The position numbers and the translations under genes are program-made. From NCBI GenBank assembly GCA_028716565.1, contig JAQUPL010000002.1:25491-89490 (forward strand): DNA of 64,000 bases, given 5' to 3'. How positions within the stretch are numbered: position 1 is the stretch's first letter; the number at the start of each line of letters is the position of its first letter. Under the pieces are notes generated by a model that saw only the letters and a program-made list of their open reading frames with translations, was not told the DNA's origin and did no database searches. Below, one piece after another: positions 1 to 10,120 of this stretch. The stretch is from Candidatus Omnitrophota bacterium. Its GTDB lineage: Bacteria; Omnitrophota; Gorgyraeia; Pluralincolimonadales; Pluralincolimonadaceae.

Positions 1-174
1 ACTCTTTTCCGGCCCGGCTTTCGGTAATAATGAAATGATGATCAGCGTAACGGGCCCTCCGATACAGCCCAGCAAGAACCATGCTATCGCGCTCCTGTTT
101 TTTGCGACAGCGGCGATGACCGGAGAGGCAATTATTGAGACTATCCATAAAACGGGGAATAGCCTCAAGATCAT
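1..174 (-). CDS. Partial CDS, N-terminal ~58 aa of a membrane protein running off the window edge
   Basis: Reverse-strand ATG at 174..172 translates to MILRLFPVLWIVSIIASPVIAAVAKNRSAIAWFLLGCIGGPVTLIIISLLPKAG, which is hydrophobic and TM-like. It lies immediately downstream of marR on the same strand. It is not in the ORF track because it is truncated. Confidence 0.3.
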   Translation of the reverse strand, partial: MILRLFPVLWIVSIIASPVIAAVAKNRSAIAWFLLGCIGGPVTLIIISLLPKAGPEKS

Positions 175-184
175 ATCGAACTCG

Positions 185-643
185 TTAAAGTAATACATCT
201 TCGGTCCTCCTTAGCCCCTTTTCGAGCCTGCCTATGATATTGGCAAGCTCGCGTTTGTCATTTTCGCCCAGGAACCACGCGATCTGTTTAAGGATATCGA
301 AATATTTCTCCTCGACCTTCTTTATCAGGTCCTTCCCTTTCTGCGTTATCGCGGTATATTTCACCCGGCGGTCATCCGCGCTGCCTTCCCTCTTCACGAG
401 GCCGAGTTTCTCGAGCCTGTCGATGATACCGGTTATGTTCGAGCGGGATACGACGCGATGGCCGCCCAAGTCGCTTTGCGTGACCCTCTTCTCCGAATAC
501 TTCAGTATGACTAAAACGTCGTATTGGGTGGTCGTGACCCCATATTTGCTGAAAAACCTGTCGCCGGCTTTTACAAGCGCCTCGGAAATGCGCACCAGCT
601 TTAATACCGCCTCGTTATTCAGCCTGTCCAGTTCGGTAGCCAT
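185..643 (-). CDS. MarR-family transcriptional regulator
   Basis: 152 aa. Winged-helix MarR pattern (TTTQYDVLVILKYS...VTQSDLGGHRVVSRSNITGIIDRLEKLGLVKRE), in the typical MarR size range. Confidence 0.85.
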   Translation of the reverse strand: MATELDRLNNEAVLKLVRISEALVKAGDRFFSKYGVTTTQYDVLVILKYSEKRVTQSDLGGHRVVSRSNITGIIDRLEKLGLVKREGSADDRRVKYTAITQKGKDLIKKVEEKYFDILKQIAWFLGENDKRELANIIGRLEKGLRRTEDVLL

Positions 644-738
644 GACAATCTCCTTATATTTGTTATTGTATTGATAGTTTATATAATAACAATTATGTTG
701 TCAAGTATTTTTTTGGGAAATCTTCAACCTGAATGCCT

Positions 739-1116
739 CTATTCTATCTTGTATTCCACCGGGCGGGTAAATGCCTTCTTGAAGTCGTAGACATCCTTGA
801 AGTCTTCTATCGAATCGGCCTCGGTCTTGGCGAGGAGCTTCGCTTCTATAAGGTTAAATACGATATTCCCGAAATCTTCCGTCCGGGTGATGCCCCAGTG
901 CTCGAGGACGTTTTTGGCCATCGGGCCGAACTGTTCCACCGCGTAAAGCCGCATGCCATCGGAGAGCTCCCGCCCTGTCACATGGCGGGGCTTATCGAGT
1001 TTTGCCACCGTAAAATTAAGCCCTTTAAGGACGAAGAAATAGGCCTCCCCGTCGTAGCGCGGGTCCTTTTTAGCCGCTTCATCTATTATACTAACCAGGT
1101 TAAATTCGTCTTTCAT
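739..1116 (-). CDS. Conserved hypothetical protein, 125 aa
   Basis: Clean ORF. Its start overlaps the stop of the upstream NUDIX gene by 4 nt (translational coupling). I cannot assign a domain from memory. Confidence 0.55.
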   Translation of the reverse strand: MKDEFNLVSIIDEAAKKDPRYDGEAYFFVLKGLNFTVAKLDKPRHVTGRELSDGMRLYAVEQFGPMAKNVLEHWGITRTEDFGNIVFNLIEAKLLAKTEADSIEDFKDVYDFKKAFTRPVEYKIE

Positions 1117-1637
1117 CCCTTCTCCGCGGCAAGTAAGAGCGCGATTATCGTCTTCGCGTCCCTTATCCTGCCTTCTTTTATATATCTTAACGCGTCCGAA
1201 AGCTTCACCGTTCTTACCTTTATGTCCTCGTCGAAATCAGCCGCGAGCTTGGAGGGCCTGAGGCCTGTCGCCTTGTAAATTATCACAAACTCATCCGTGA
1301 CGCCGGGCGAAGGGTAGAATATATTGATCTTCTCGAGCCTGCCGGCCGCGTAACCTATCTCCTCTTGTATCTCCCTCTTGGCCGCCGAGAGAGGGGCTTC
1401 GCCTTTGTGCAGTGTGCCGGCCGGTATCTCAAGGAGCCTTTCGCCGACTGCGTAACGGAATTGCTCGACCAGCACGACTTTGTCTTTAGTGAGGAACGGG
1501 ATTATTCCGACAGAGCCGATATGGTGGACCACCTCCCACCTCGCCTTGCGGCCCCTAATCAACCCGTCGCTTACGACGAGGCGCACTATCCTGCCGTCGT
1601 AGACAAGCGTCTTCTTTTGGAGTTTAAATTTTGCCAT
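1113..1637 (-). CDS. NUDIX hydrolase, ADP-ribose pyrophosphatase-like
   Basis: 174 aa. Nudix box GEAPLSAAKREIQEEIGY (GX5EX7REUXEEXGU). Confidence 0.85.
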   Translation of the reverse strand: MAKFKLQKKTLVYDGRIVRLVVSDGLIRGRKARWEVVHHIGSVGIIPFLTKDKVVLVEQFRYAVGERLLEIPAGTLHKGEAPLSAAKREIQEEIGYAAGRLEKINIFYPSPGVTDEFVIIYKATGLRPSKLAADFDEDIKVRTVKLSDALRYIKEGRIRDAKTIIALLLAAEKG

Positions 1638-1690
1638 CGCCCGTATTCTACACGTTTATCGGACAAAAAACAAGGCCCGGTAACAAGAAA

Positions 1691-1722
1691 GGGGGCACTT
1701 TACTTTTCAGTAATGCGCCCCC
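1691..1722 (-). terminator. Rho-independent terminator downstream of cspA
   Basis: GC stem gggggc...gccccc. On the minus-strand RNA it is followed by a U-rich tract (UUUCUUGUU...UUUUUUG) directly 3' of cspA. Confidence 0.5.
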
Positions 1723-1744
1723 TATTCGTTTGGTTTCTCTGGGA

Positions 1745-1945
1745 TTAGAGCTTTACTACTTTCGTAGCCTGCTCACCCTTGGGACCCTTTTCGACTTCGA
1801 ACTCGACTTCCTGTCCCTCGGTTAAAGATTTATAACCTTCACCCTGGATCGAGCTGTGATGTACGAATACATCCTTGCCGTTCTCAGGAGTAATGAATCC
1901 GTAACCTTTCTGGTCGCTGAACCACTTTACCTTACCTTTTGCCAT
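1745..1945 (-). CDS. cspA: Cold-shock protein, CspA family
   Basis: 66 aa. [31 protein letters not shown] is the RNP1/RNP2 cold-shock domain. Confidence 0.95.
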   Translation of the reverse strand: MAKGKVKWFSDQKGYGFITPENGKDVFVHHSSIQGEGYKSLTEGQEVEFEVEKGPKGEQATKVVKL

Positions 1946-2129
1946 TATTTACTAACCTCCTTTCCTCTTGAATTATAGTAAATAACGACAGAAAAAAACC
2001 GCAAGGCTAGAATTATCACCAACCGTTGCGGTATAGGATTTCTAATCTTTTATTTACTACGGGAGTAATTATAGCACATACCCCCGGCTTGTCAAGGATT
2101 ATTTACGGGCGGGACGGGCATTTATATCT

Positions 2130-2159
2130 TTGACATCATGACCCTGTATTTTGTATAAT
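2130..2159 (+). promoter_or_regulatory. Putative sigma70 promoter for the nuo operon
   Basis: TTGACA at 2130-2135, 18-nt spacer, TATAAT at 2154-2159 preceded by TG. Lies about 60 nt upstream of nuoA. Confidence 0.35.
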
Positions 2160-2218
2160 CATACAAGCCAGCCATTATCATGACCAGCAAGAGAGTCCAG
2201 GGAGCCTAAGACCATATT

Positions 2219-2575
2219 ATGATAGCGGATTACGGATACGTAGGTTTATTTCTCCTCTTCGGAATCGTTTTTGTGGCAGGGGCCTTTATCGTCTCCTGGT
2301 TCCTGAGGCCGCGCGACCCCAACCCGGCCAAGAGATCCTGCTACGAGTGCGGCGAAGTAGTAAAGGGCAGCTCGTGGATACAGTTTAACGTCCGGTACTA
2401 CCTCATCGCCCTTATATTCGTCGTCTTCGACGTCGAAGTCCTCTTCCTCGTGCCCTGGGCGGTCATCTTCCGCGAGCTTGGGATAGTCGCCTTCGTTGAG
2501 ATGATAATCTTTATAGCCATCCTTATAGCCGGCCTCGCATACGCCTGGAAGAAAGGAGCCCTCGAATGGCAGTGA
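2219..2575 (+). CDS. nuoA: NADH-quinone oxidoreductase subunit A
   Basis: 118 aa, 3 TM. Conserved C-terminal CYECGE motif of NuoA/ND3. Confidence 0.9.
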   Translation: MIADYGYVGLFLLFGIVFVAGAFIVSWFLRPRDPNPAKRSCYECGEVVKGSSWIQFNVRYYLIALIFVVFDVEVLFLVPWAVIFRELGIVAFVEMIIFIAILIAGLAYAWKKGALEWQ

Positions 2576-3078
2576 TCGAGAAGATACCTGCCTCGGGGCT
2601 CATAGAAAAATTTCCGGGCGGCGGTATCGTCCTTGCTACCGGAGAGAACGTATTGAAATGGAGTAAGGCCTCATCCCTGTGGCCCTTGACCTTCGGCCTT
2701 GCCTGCTGCGCTTTTGAGATGATGGCGGCAGGCGCTTCGCGGTTCGACATTGACCGCTTTGGCGCCGGCGTCTTCCGCGCATCCCCCAGGCAGTGCGACG
2801 TGATGATAGTCGCCGGGACGATCTGCGCCAAGATGGGCGACTGCATGAAACGGATCTACGCCCAGATGCCCGAGCCCAAATACGTCATCGCAATGGGAAA
2901 TTGCGCGATCTCAGGCGGGATCTTCCACCGCGACACATATTCCGTGGTCAAAGGGACCGAGGCGCTGGGAATACCTGTCGACGTTTACATCCCCGGCTGC
3001 CCTCCCCGTCCGGAGAACCTGCTCTTCGGGCTGATAAAACTCCAGGAAAAGATCAGGAAGGAAAAACGTGCCCGCTGA
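2566..3078 (+). CDS. nuoB: NADH-quinone oxidoreductase subunit B
   Basis: 170 aa. N2 cluster ligands [10 protein letters not shown] and GNCAISGG...PGCPP. Confidence 0.95.
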   Translation: MAVIEKIPASGLIEKFPGGGIVLATGENVLKWSKASSLWPLTFGLACCAFEMMAAGASRFDIDRFGAGVFRASPRQCDVMIVAGTICAKMGDCMKRIYAQMPEPKYVIAMGNCAISGGIFHRDTYSVVKGTEALGIPVDVYIPGCPPRPENLLFGLIKLQEKIRKEKRAR

Positions 3079-3427
3079 TACCGGAAGACAAGTGGATATT
3101 TCAAAAGAGGCCCTCCTGGAAACGGCCCGCCGCCTTAAAAACGAGGGTTTCAATGACCTGCATTGCATTACCGCCGTTGACAGGAAAGACGGCATCGAGC
3201 TCGTCTATATTTTTTACGCAATGGACAAGCATGCCTGTACGATCTTAAGAACAAGGCTAACGCTTGACGATCTAAGCGCGGAGAGCCTCGCGCATATCTG
3301 GAGATCTGCGGACTGGCTCGAACGCGAAGTATACGACCTTTTCGGCGTAAAGTTCTTGAACCACCCGGACCTAAAAAGGATACTCAATCCAGACGATTGG
3401 ACAATACACCCGTTAAGGAAAACTTAA
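3068..3427 (+). CDS. nuoC: NADH-quinone oxidoreductase subunit C (short form)
   Basis: 119 aa. 30 kDa-subunit core with ...[24 protein letters not shown]. Confidence 0.85.
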   Translation: MPADTGRQVDISKEALLETARRLKNEGFNDLHCITAVDRKDGIELVYIFYAMDKHACTILRTRLTLDDLSAESLAHIWRSADWLEREVYDLFGVKFLNHPDLKRILNPDDWTIHPLRKT

Positions 3428-4521
3428 GGACCGAGGAATTCTGGGTCAATATGGGGCCGCAGCACCCCTCGACCCACGGCGTCCTCTATCTCGAGGTCAG
3501 GTTAAGCGGCGAGACCGTCGTCGACCTCATTACCCATATCGGTTATCTCCACCGCGGCATGGAGAAGATAGCCGAGAACCGCACCTATACCCAGTTCATA
3601 CCTTATACCGACAGGCTCGACTACGTCGCGTCGATGACGAACAACCTCGGCTATGTCCTCGCCGTAGAAAAGCTCATGAAGGCGGAAATACCGGAGCGCG
3701 CGAAATACATCCGCGTCATCGTCGCCGAACTACAGAGGATAGCCAGCCATCTCGTCGGCATCACGACTTTCACGCAGGACCTCGGCGCGTTCGCCACTCC
3801 CCTCTTCTACGGGTTCCGCGAGCGCGAGAAGATACTTGATCTCTTCGACGAGCTGTGCGGCAACCGCCTTACGTATGATTATATGAGGATAGGCGGCGTC
3901 CAGTTCGACCTGCCGAAAGGGGCGGGCGGGAAGATAAGGGGCATAGTCAAATATATGGGACCGAAGATAGACGACCTCGAAAACCTGTTCAGTTCCAACG
4001 CCATATTTGTCGCGAGGACTAAAGGCGTAGGCGTCCTCACCAAAGAAAAAGCCCTAAATTACAGCGTGACCGGCCCTAACCTCCGCGCCTCAGGCGTGAA
4101 ATGGGACCTGCGCAAGGATGAGCCATACCTTTGTTATGACAGGTTCAATTTCGATATTCCGACGGGATCGAACGGGGATTCGTGGGACAGGTATAAGGTG
4201 AGGATCGAGGAGATGAGACAGAGCCTGCGCATAATCGAACAGGCGTTGGATGGGCTGCCGGAAGGCGACCCCACGGTCAAGATCGGCCGCGTAATAAAAC
4301 CAGCTCCCGGCGAAGTATATATGAGGACGGAGGCGCCGCGCGGCGAATTGGGTTTTTATATCGTAAGCGACGGTTCGGCCGTTCCCTATCGCATGAAGAT
4401 ACGTTCCCCCTCCTTCTCTAACCTTGCCGTGCTTTCGGAACTGGTAAAAGGCGCAAAAGTAGCCGATGTCGTCTGCGTGCTGGGAAGCCTTGATATCGTC
4501 GTGGGAGATACGGACAGGTAA
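3397..4521 (+). CDS. nuoD: NADH-quinone oxidoreductase subunit D
   Basis: 374 aa. [11 protein letters not shown] motif, 49 kDa subunit. The start may instead be an internal Met near 3451, which would remove the overlap with nuoC. Confidence 0.9.
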   Translation: MDNTPVKENLRTEEFWVNMGPQHPSTHGVLYLEVRLSGETVVDLITHIGYLHRGMEKIAENRTYTQFIPYTDRLDYVASMTNNLGYVLAVEKLMKAEIPERAKYIRVIVAELQRIASHLVGITTFTQDLGAFATPLFYGFREREKILDLFDELCGNRLTYDYMRIGGVQFDLPKGAGGKIRGIVKYMGPKIDDLENLFSSNAIFVARTKGVGVLTKEKALNYSVTGPNLRASGVKWDLRKDEPYLCYDRFNFDIPTGSNGDSWDRYKVRIEEMRQSLRIIEQALDGLPEGDPTVKIGRVIKPAPGEVYMRTEAPRGELGFYIVSDGSAVPYRMKIRSPSFSNLAVLSELVKGAKVADVVCVLGSLDIVVGDTDR

Positions 4522-5495
4522 TGGTCTCGATACTTACGTTCATAGTGATGATTGTCGTCGGCGCGGTAGTCCTCGGATTTATCGCGGTATCGGCGATGTT
4601 CCTTATATGGTGGGAACGCAAGGTAGCGGCCCATATCCAGACCAGGTACGGCCCGATGCGGGTCGGCTGGCACGGGGCCTTACAGTCGGTAGCAGATGTC
4701 ATAAAACTGCTCTTAAAAGAAAATATCACGCCTGAAGGGGTAGATAAGCCGGTCTGGTGGCTCGCGCCGTTCTTCGCGGTCGTCCCGTCAGTAATGGTTT
4801 TTGTTTGTATCCCATTTGGAAATTTGTTCGGGATCGACCTGATACCGCGTGACCTGAACATCGGCATCCTGTATATAATTGCGCTCACCTCCGTCTGCGT
4901 CCTCGGGATATTCATGGCAGGATGGGGCTCGAACAATAAATATTCGCTCCTGGGCGGGATGCGCTCGGCCGCCCAGATAGTAAGTTACGAGGTCCCGCTG
5001 ATAATATCGGTGGTGACCGCGGCTATGTTCGCCGGCACCCTCTCGATGCAGAAGATTGTCGAGGCGCAAAAAGGGATGTGGTTCGTCTTCCAGCCGAATA
5101 TGGCGCTGGCGTTCCTCATATTCGTGATCTCCGCGACGGCAGAGATAAACCGGACGCCGTTCGACATACCCGAAGCCGAGTCGGAGCTGGTCGCCGGGTT
5201 CCACACGGAATATTCCGGGATGAAATTCGCGATGTTCTTCCTCGGCGAATACACTAATCTTTTTATTGTTTCCGCCCTCGCCGCGACATTATTCCTCGGC
5301 GGATGGCAGGGGCCGTTCTTGCCGCCAGTATTATGGTTCTTGATAAAGACGTACGGCGTCATAACCGTTTTGATGTGGGTCAGGTGGACCTTACCGAGGG
5401 TGCGCGTCGACCAGTTGATGGGTTTCGCCTGGAAGGTGCTCACGCCTATAGCGTTCGCGAACCTCGCGGTCGCGGGATGGGTATTGCTAAGATGA
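4521..5495 (+). CDS. nuoH: NADH-quinone oxidoreductase subunit H
   Basis: 324 aa polytopic. ND1 signature ERKVAAHIQTRYGP. Confidence 0.95.
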   Translation: MVSILTFIVMIVVGAVVLGFIAVSAMFLIWWERKVAAHIQTRYGPMRVGWHGALQSVADVIKLLLKENITPEGVDKPVWWLAPFFAVVPSVMVFVCIPFGNLFGIDLIPRDLNIGILYIIALTSVCVLGIFMAGWGSNNKYSLLGGMRSAAQIVSYEVPLIISVVTAAMFAGTLSMQKIVEAQKGMWFVFQPNMALAFLIFVISATAEINRTPFDIPEAESELVAGFHTEYSGMKFAMFFLGEYTNLFIVSALAATLFLGGWQGPFLPPVLWFLIKTYGVITVLMWVRWTLPRVRVDQLMGFAWKVLTPIAFANLAVAGWVLLR

Positions 5496-5935
5496 TAAAA
5501 TATTTCAAGGATATAATCACCGGCGCCTGGAGCCTTATAAGGGGGCTCTTGGTGACATTGAGGAATCTCTTTTCGAAGGCGGTCACCATCCAATACCCGA
5601 CGCAGAAGCTCCGGATGGTTGATAGGTACCGCGGTCTCGTAGACCTGCGTATCGAAAAATGCATCAAGTGCTACATGTGCGTCAAGATATGCCCTACGGG
5701 ATGCCTTTCTCTCGCGCATAAAGAGAACGCGGAGAAGAAAAAGGAGTTCGAGCACTTCAAATATAATATGGAGCTCTGCTGTTTCTGCGGCATGTGCGAC
5801 CAGGTATGCCCGGCACAGGCGATATATATGAACAAGATGTATGAGATAGCGGTATACGGCCGGGATAAGATAACGCATATAGACCTTTTAAATACGGGGA
5901 AATACGATGAGTGGGCTCATCCAACTGTTAAATAA
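5477..5935 (+). CDS. nuoI: NADH-quinone oxidoreductase subunit I (2x[4Fe-4S] ferredoxin)
   Basis: Two CxxCxxCxxxCP motifs (CIKCYMCVKICP and CCFCGMCDQVCP). The alternative start 5492 gives an ATGA overlap with nuoH. The longer track ORF beginning at 5303 is over-extended. Confidence 0.9.
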   Translation: MGIAKMIKYFKDIITGAWSLIRGLLVTLRNLFSKAVTIQYPTQKLRMVDRYRGLVDLRIEKCIKCYMCVKICPTGCLSLAHKENAEKKKEFEHFKYNMELCCFCGMCDQVCPAQAIYMNKMYEIAVYGRDKITHIDLLNTGKYDEWAHPTVK

Positions 5936-6461
5936 CCTGCTGAATAATTACGGACTGCCGCAAGGGTTCATCGTCCAGGCGTCGTTCTATATCATCGCCG
6001 CGGCCGCGGTCATATCGGCCATCGGCGTCGTGACTTCGCGCAACATCTTCCATTGCGCGATCTTTTTGGCCGTCTCCCTCTTCTGCGTCGCCGGTGTCTA
6101 CCTCTTCCTGGGCGCGGAATTCCTGGCCGTGGTCCAGGTCCTTATATACGTCGGCGCAATAGTGACATTATTCCTCTTCGCCATAATGCTGACCGCGAAC
6201 ATCGGCGACAGGTCGATAAGGCACACGAACAAACAGGTCCTGGCAGGCGGAGTGATCGCGATAATGATGTGTGCATTCTTTGTATTCATCATAATAGGCG
6301 AGCCGTGGAAGAAAGCGCTCGTACAGGCGCAGCCGCTGACCCTCCAGGAGATAGGCAAGTCGCTCATGTCCGTATACGCGCTGCCGTTCGAGGTCATATC
6401 CCTTATCCTGCTCGCCGCGCTTGTCGGGGCGATAGTAATAGGAAAGGTGAAGAAAGAATGA
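5907..6461 (+). CDS. nuoJ: NADH-quinone oxidoreductase subunit J
   Basis: 184 aa. ND6-like TM protein in conserved position. Confidence 0.9.
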   Translation: MSGLIQLLNNLLNNYGLPQGFIVQASFYIIAAAAVISAIGVVTSRNIFHCAIFLAVSLFCVAGVYLFLGAEFLAVVQVLIYVGAIVTLFLFAIMLTANIGDRSIRHTNKQVLAGGVIAIMMCAFFVFIIIGEPWKKALVQAQPLTLQEIGKSLMSVYALPFEVISLILLAALVGAIVIGKVKKE

Positions 6462-6766
6462 TACCCCAGAGCCATTTCCTTATATTGGGCGCAGTATTGT
6501 TCGCGATAGGCCTGTACGGCGCGTTGACCCGCAGGACCGCCATCGGTATATTGATGTCTATCGAGCTCATCCTTAACGCGGCAAACATAAACCTCATCAC
6601 CTTTAATAAGTTCCTGGGCAGCCCTGACGGGCTGGGCCAGATATTCGCGTTATTCGTCATTGCGATAGCGGCGGCATCGGCCGTGGTCGGCCTCGTGCTC
6701 GTGATCGCCGTATACAGGAACATGAAGACGATATTCACCGAAAAGATAAATATGCTGAAATGGTAA
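6458..6766 (+). CDS. nuoK: NADH-quinone oxidoreductase subunit K
   Basis: About 102 aa (MIPQSHFLILGAVLFAIGLYGALTRR...), ND4L-like. Internal start inside the longer track ORF 6053..6766. ATGA overlap with the nuoJ stop. Confidence 0.9.
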   Translation: MIPQSHFLILGAVLFAIGLYGALTRRTAIGILMSIELILNAANINLITFNKFLGSPDGLGQIFALFVIAIAAASAVVGLVLVIAVYRNMKTIFTEKINMLKW

Positions 6767-8640
6767 AATACGCGCATTTTATACCGCTCTTCCCGTTCAT
6801 GGCTTTTGCCATAAACATCCTTTTCGGGCGCAGGCTCAAGAAGGCAAGCGCGCTCGTCTCTATAGCCGCCTCGTCTGTCGCCCTGGCCATCGCGGCCGTC
6901 ACTTTCATCGGGAATCTAAACGGCGAAGGCTCTTATACCGTCGCGAAATGGATCTTCTTGAACGGGCTCCCGCTCGATTTCGGGATAACGGTGGATCCGC
7001 TCACATGCATGATGCTGCTGGTCGTCACTATCGTCGGGACCCTCATACAGATATATTCCATGGGATATATGCGCGATGACGCGAGGTACTCGAGGTTCTT
7101 CGCGTATATGTCGCTCTTTATGGGCTCGATGCTCGGCTTGCTGCTGGCCGATAATTTCGTCATGCTTTATATCTTCTGGGAAGGCGTAGGCCTCTGCTCC
7201 TACCTGTTGATATCGTTCTGGTTCGAGAGGCCCGCGGCCGCTAGGGCAGGCATGAAGGCGTTCATAACGACCAGGATAGGCGACACAGGGCTCCTGGTCG
7301 GCATACTGCTCCTCTTCTTCTCGGTAAAGACCCTCTATTTCAGGGACCTCGCGGGCCTGGCGATAAACGATGTCACGCTCACGGCCGTAGGCATACTCAT
7401 ATTCTGCGGCGCGGTCGGGAAATCGGCGCAATTTCCCCTGCACGTGTGGCTTCCTGACGCGATGGAAGGCCCGACCCCGGTCTCGGCGTTGATACACGCG
7501 GCCACAATGGTCGCGGCAGGCGTATATCTTATCGCGCGCTGCTACGGGCTGTTCATCTCCCACCATATCGCCCTGGTCTCCGTCGCATATGTCGGCGCGA
7601 TAACGGCGTTCATGGCCGCCTCGATCGCGCTGGTCAATAACGACATAAAACGCATCCTCGCATATTCGACAATAAGCCAGCTTGGGCTTATGATGCTGGG
7701 CCTCGGAGTCGGCGGCTATGAGGCGGGCACTTTCCACCTGATGACCCACGCGTTCTTCAAGGCCCTGCTCTTCCTCTGCGCGGGAAGCATAATACATTCT
7801 ATACACGTGGAGGGTGACCCTGCGATACATACCCAGGATATACGCAAGATGGGCGGGCTCTTCCCGAAGATGAAAATAACCGGCACGACGTTGATAATCG
7901 CGGGCCTGGCGATCGCCGGAATACCGCCGCTCTCAGGCTTCTGGTCGAAAGACGAACTCCTGTCCGAGATAATAAATACGGGGCATCCGGTCCTTTTCGC
8001 CGCGGCGTCGCTGACAAGCCTGATGACCGCGTTCTATATCTTCCGCCTTATCTTCCTCGTGTTATTCGGTAAAGCGCGGCCCGGCATGCGCGCCCATGAA
8101 TCGCCGTATGTGATGACTATCCCGCTGGCTATCTTAGCCGTATTTTCGGTATTCGCCGGATTTTTCAGGCCGGTCCAGCCCGACTATCTCACGATGGGCG
8201 TATCGACGGCGATAGCCGTCATCGGTATAGGCCTCGCCTATTCTTTCTATATACTCAACAACAAGATACTCTCGGCCGACATCCGCGCCAGGTTCGGTTT
8301 CCTTTACAGGCTCCTCTCGAACAAATATTATATCGACGAGATATACGAGGCGGTATTCATAAAGCCCTGCTTCCGGCTCGCAGAATCCGCCGCCAAATTC
8401 GACCTTAACGTCGTTGACGGCGCCGTAAACCTCGCGGCTTATGTCTCGGTCGTCGTAAGCAGGATACAGTCCTGGTTCGACCTCTACATCGTAGACGGGA
8501 TAGTAAATATGGCGGCGAACATCACGTGGCTCTGCTCCGCGATACTGCGCAGGCTGCAGACCGGCCTCGTGCAGAATTACATACTGATAGCGTTCTTCGG
8601 GCTCGCGATAATCATACTGATAAAATTGATAGGAGGTTAG
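6760..8640 (+). CDS. nuoL: NADH-quinone oxidoreductase subunit L
   Basis: 626 aa. ND5 antiporter-like subunit. Confidence 0.95.
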   Translation: MVKYAHFIPLFPFMAFAINILFGRRLKKASALVSIAASSVALAIAAVTFIGNLNGEGSYTVAKWIFLNGLPLDFGITVDPLTCMMLLVVTIVGTLIQIYSMGYMRDDARYSRFFAYMSLFMGSMLGLLLADNFVMLYIFWEGVGLCSYLLISFWFERPAAARAGMKAFITTRIGDTGLLVGILLLFFSVKTLYFRDLAGLAINDVTLTAVGILIFCGAVGKSAQFPLHVWLPDAMEGPTPVSALIHAATMVAAGVYLIARCYGLFISHHIALVSVAYVGAITAFMAASIALVNNDIKRILAYSTISQLGLMMLGLGVGGYEAGTFHLMTHAFFKALLFLCAGSIIHSIHVEGDPAIHTQDIRKMGGLFPKMKITGTTLIIAGLAIAGIPPLSGFWSKDELLSEIINTGHPVLFAAASLTSLMTAFYIFRLIFLVLFGKARPGMRAHESPYVMTIPLAILAVFSVFAGFFRPVQPDYLTMGVSTAIAVIGIGLAYSFYILNNKILSADIRARFGFLYRLLSNKYYIDEIYEAVFIKPCFRLAESAAKFDLNVVDGAVNLAAYVSVVVSRIQSWFDLYIVDGIVNMAANITWLCSAILRRLQTGLVQNYILIAFFGLAIIILIKLIGG

Positions 8641-8641
8641 A

Positions 8642-10120
8642 ATGCCCTTTCCCCTGTTGACGTCGATAGTCTTCCTGCCGCTTCTCGGCGGGCTGCTTAT
8701 CCTTTTTATCCCGAAAGAGAGGACCGGGCTGATAAAGACCATAGCCACGGCCGCGACAGGCCTCGCGCTCGTCCTGGCTGCCGCCCTGGTCCTGAAATTC
8801 GACTGTGGTGACCTTGCGATGCAGTTTGTTGAGCGGTCACCATGGATACCGCAGATAAACATAAACTATCACCTCGGCGTCGACGGCATCAGCATCGGCC
8901 TCGTATTCCTGACCGCGCTCCTGGGTTTCTTCGCCTGCATCGGCTCATACGGAATAAAGGAACGGCAGAAGGAGTATTATTTCCTGTACCTCCTGTTGAA
9001 TACCGGCATGCTCGGGACGTTTTTGGCGCTCGACCTCTTTCTCTTCTATGCATTCTGGGAGATAGTCCTTGTGCCGATGTATTTCCTGATAGGGATATGG
9101 GGAGGCCCGAGGAAAGAATACGCGGCGATCAAGTTCTTCATATATACCCTGGCAGGTTCGGTATTTATGCTCCTTTCGATACTGGCGCTTTATTTCACGT
9201 CGAACCCGCACACTTTCAATATGCTCGAGCTCGCGGGTAGCGGCAGCACGCTGGCGAAAGGTTTCCAGATAGCGCTATTTATCGGCTTCTATCTCGGCTT
9301 CGCGATAAAAGTCCCCGTATTCCCTTTCCATACTTGGTTGCCTGACGCGCACGTAGAGGCGCCTACTCCGATAAGCGTCCTGCTCGCAGGTGTCCTGCTT
9401 AAGATGGGCGGGTACGGTTTCTTCAGGATCAGTTTCCCCATATTAAAGGATGCGGCGATATACTTCGCCCTGCCGTTCGCGATACTCGGCGCGATAAACA
9501 TCGTCTACGGGGCATTCGTGGCGATGGCGCAGACGGATTTCAAGAAGATGGTCGCATATTCGTCGGTAAGCCATATGGGGTTCGTGATGCTCGGTCTCGC
9601 GAGCATGACAGTGACCGGGTTTAACGGCGCGTTGATGCAGATGTTCAACCACGGCGTGATAACCGGCGGCATGTTTCTTCTCGTCGGCGTCCTCTATGAC
9701 CGCGCCCACACCAGGGACCTTGATAAATTCGGCGGCCTGGGCGCGAAGATGCCGGTCTACGCCGGGATACTTACGGTCTTTACACTCGCCTCGCTCGGCC
9801 TGCCGGGATTAAGCGGCTTCGTAAGCGAGTTCATGTCTCTGATAGGCGGTTTCGCGGCGTTCAGGCTGATAACCGTAATATCGGTCCTCGGCATCATAAT
9901 AACCGCGGGATATTTCCTCTATATGATCCAGCGCGTATTACTGGGTCCGCTCAACCCGGTATGGTCTAAAATAACCGATATAAACAGGCGCGAGATATTT
10001 ACACTTGCTCCTTTGATGATAGTGATAATAGCCATCGGCGTATATCCTCTCTTGATACTCAACTTCCAGTCGCCGGCCATAATCAACCTGATACGGCATA
10101 TCGGAGGGGCCCTGTTTTGA
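8642..10120 (+). CDS. nuoM: NADH-quinone oxidoreductase subunit M
   Basis: 492 aa. ND4-like. Confidence 0.95.
   Translation: MPFPLLTSIVFLPLLGGLLILFIPKERTGLIKTIATAATGLALVLAAALVLKFDCGDLAMQFVERSPWIPQININYHLGVDGISIGLVFLTALLGFFACIGSYGIKERQKEYYFLYLLLNTGMLGTFLALDLFLFYAFWEIVLVPMYFLIGIWGGPRKEYAAIKFFIYTLAGSVFMLLSILALYFTSNPHTFNMLELAGSGSTLAKGFQIALFIGFYLGFAIKVPVFPFHTWLPDAHVEAPTPISVLLAGVLLKMGGYGFFRISFPILKDAAIYFALPFAILGAINIVYGAFVAMAQTDFKKMVAYSSVSHMGFVMLGLASMTVTGFNGALMQMFNHGVITGGMFLLVGVLYDRAHTRDLDKFGGLGAKMPVYAGILTVFTLASLGLPGLSGFVSEFMSLIGGFAAFRLITVISVLGIIITAGYFLYMIQRVLLGPLNPVWSKITDINRREIFTLAPLMIVIIAIGVYPLLILNFQSPAIINLIRHIGGALF

Noticed and set aside
644-738. AT-rich, partly dyad-symmetric sequence upstream of marR (TTGTATTGATAGTTTATATAATAACAATTATGTTGTCAA) as a MarR operator
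   Set aside because: The symmetry is imperfect, and I cannot define half-sites confidently by eye. I left it as unannotated promoter DNA.
6916-7830. 304-aa minus-strand ORF inside nuoL
   Set aside because: It is antisense to nuoL, with an R/E/D-rich composition and no motifs. This is a spurious open frame.
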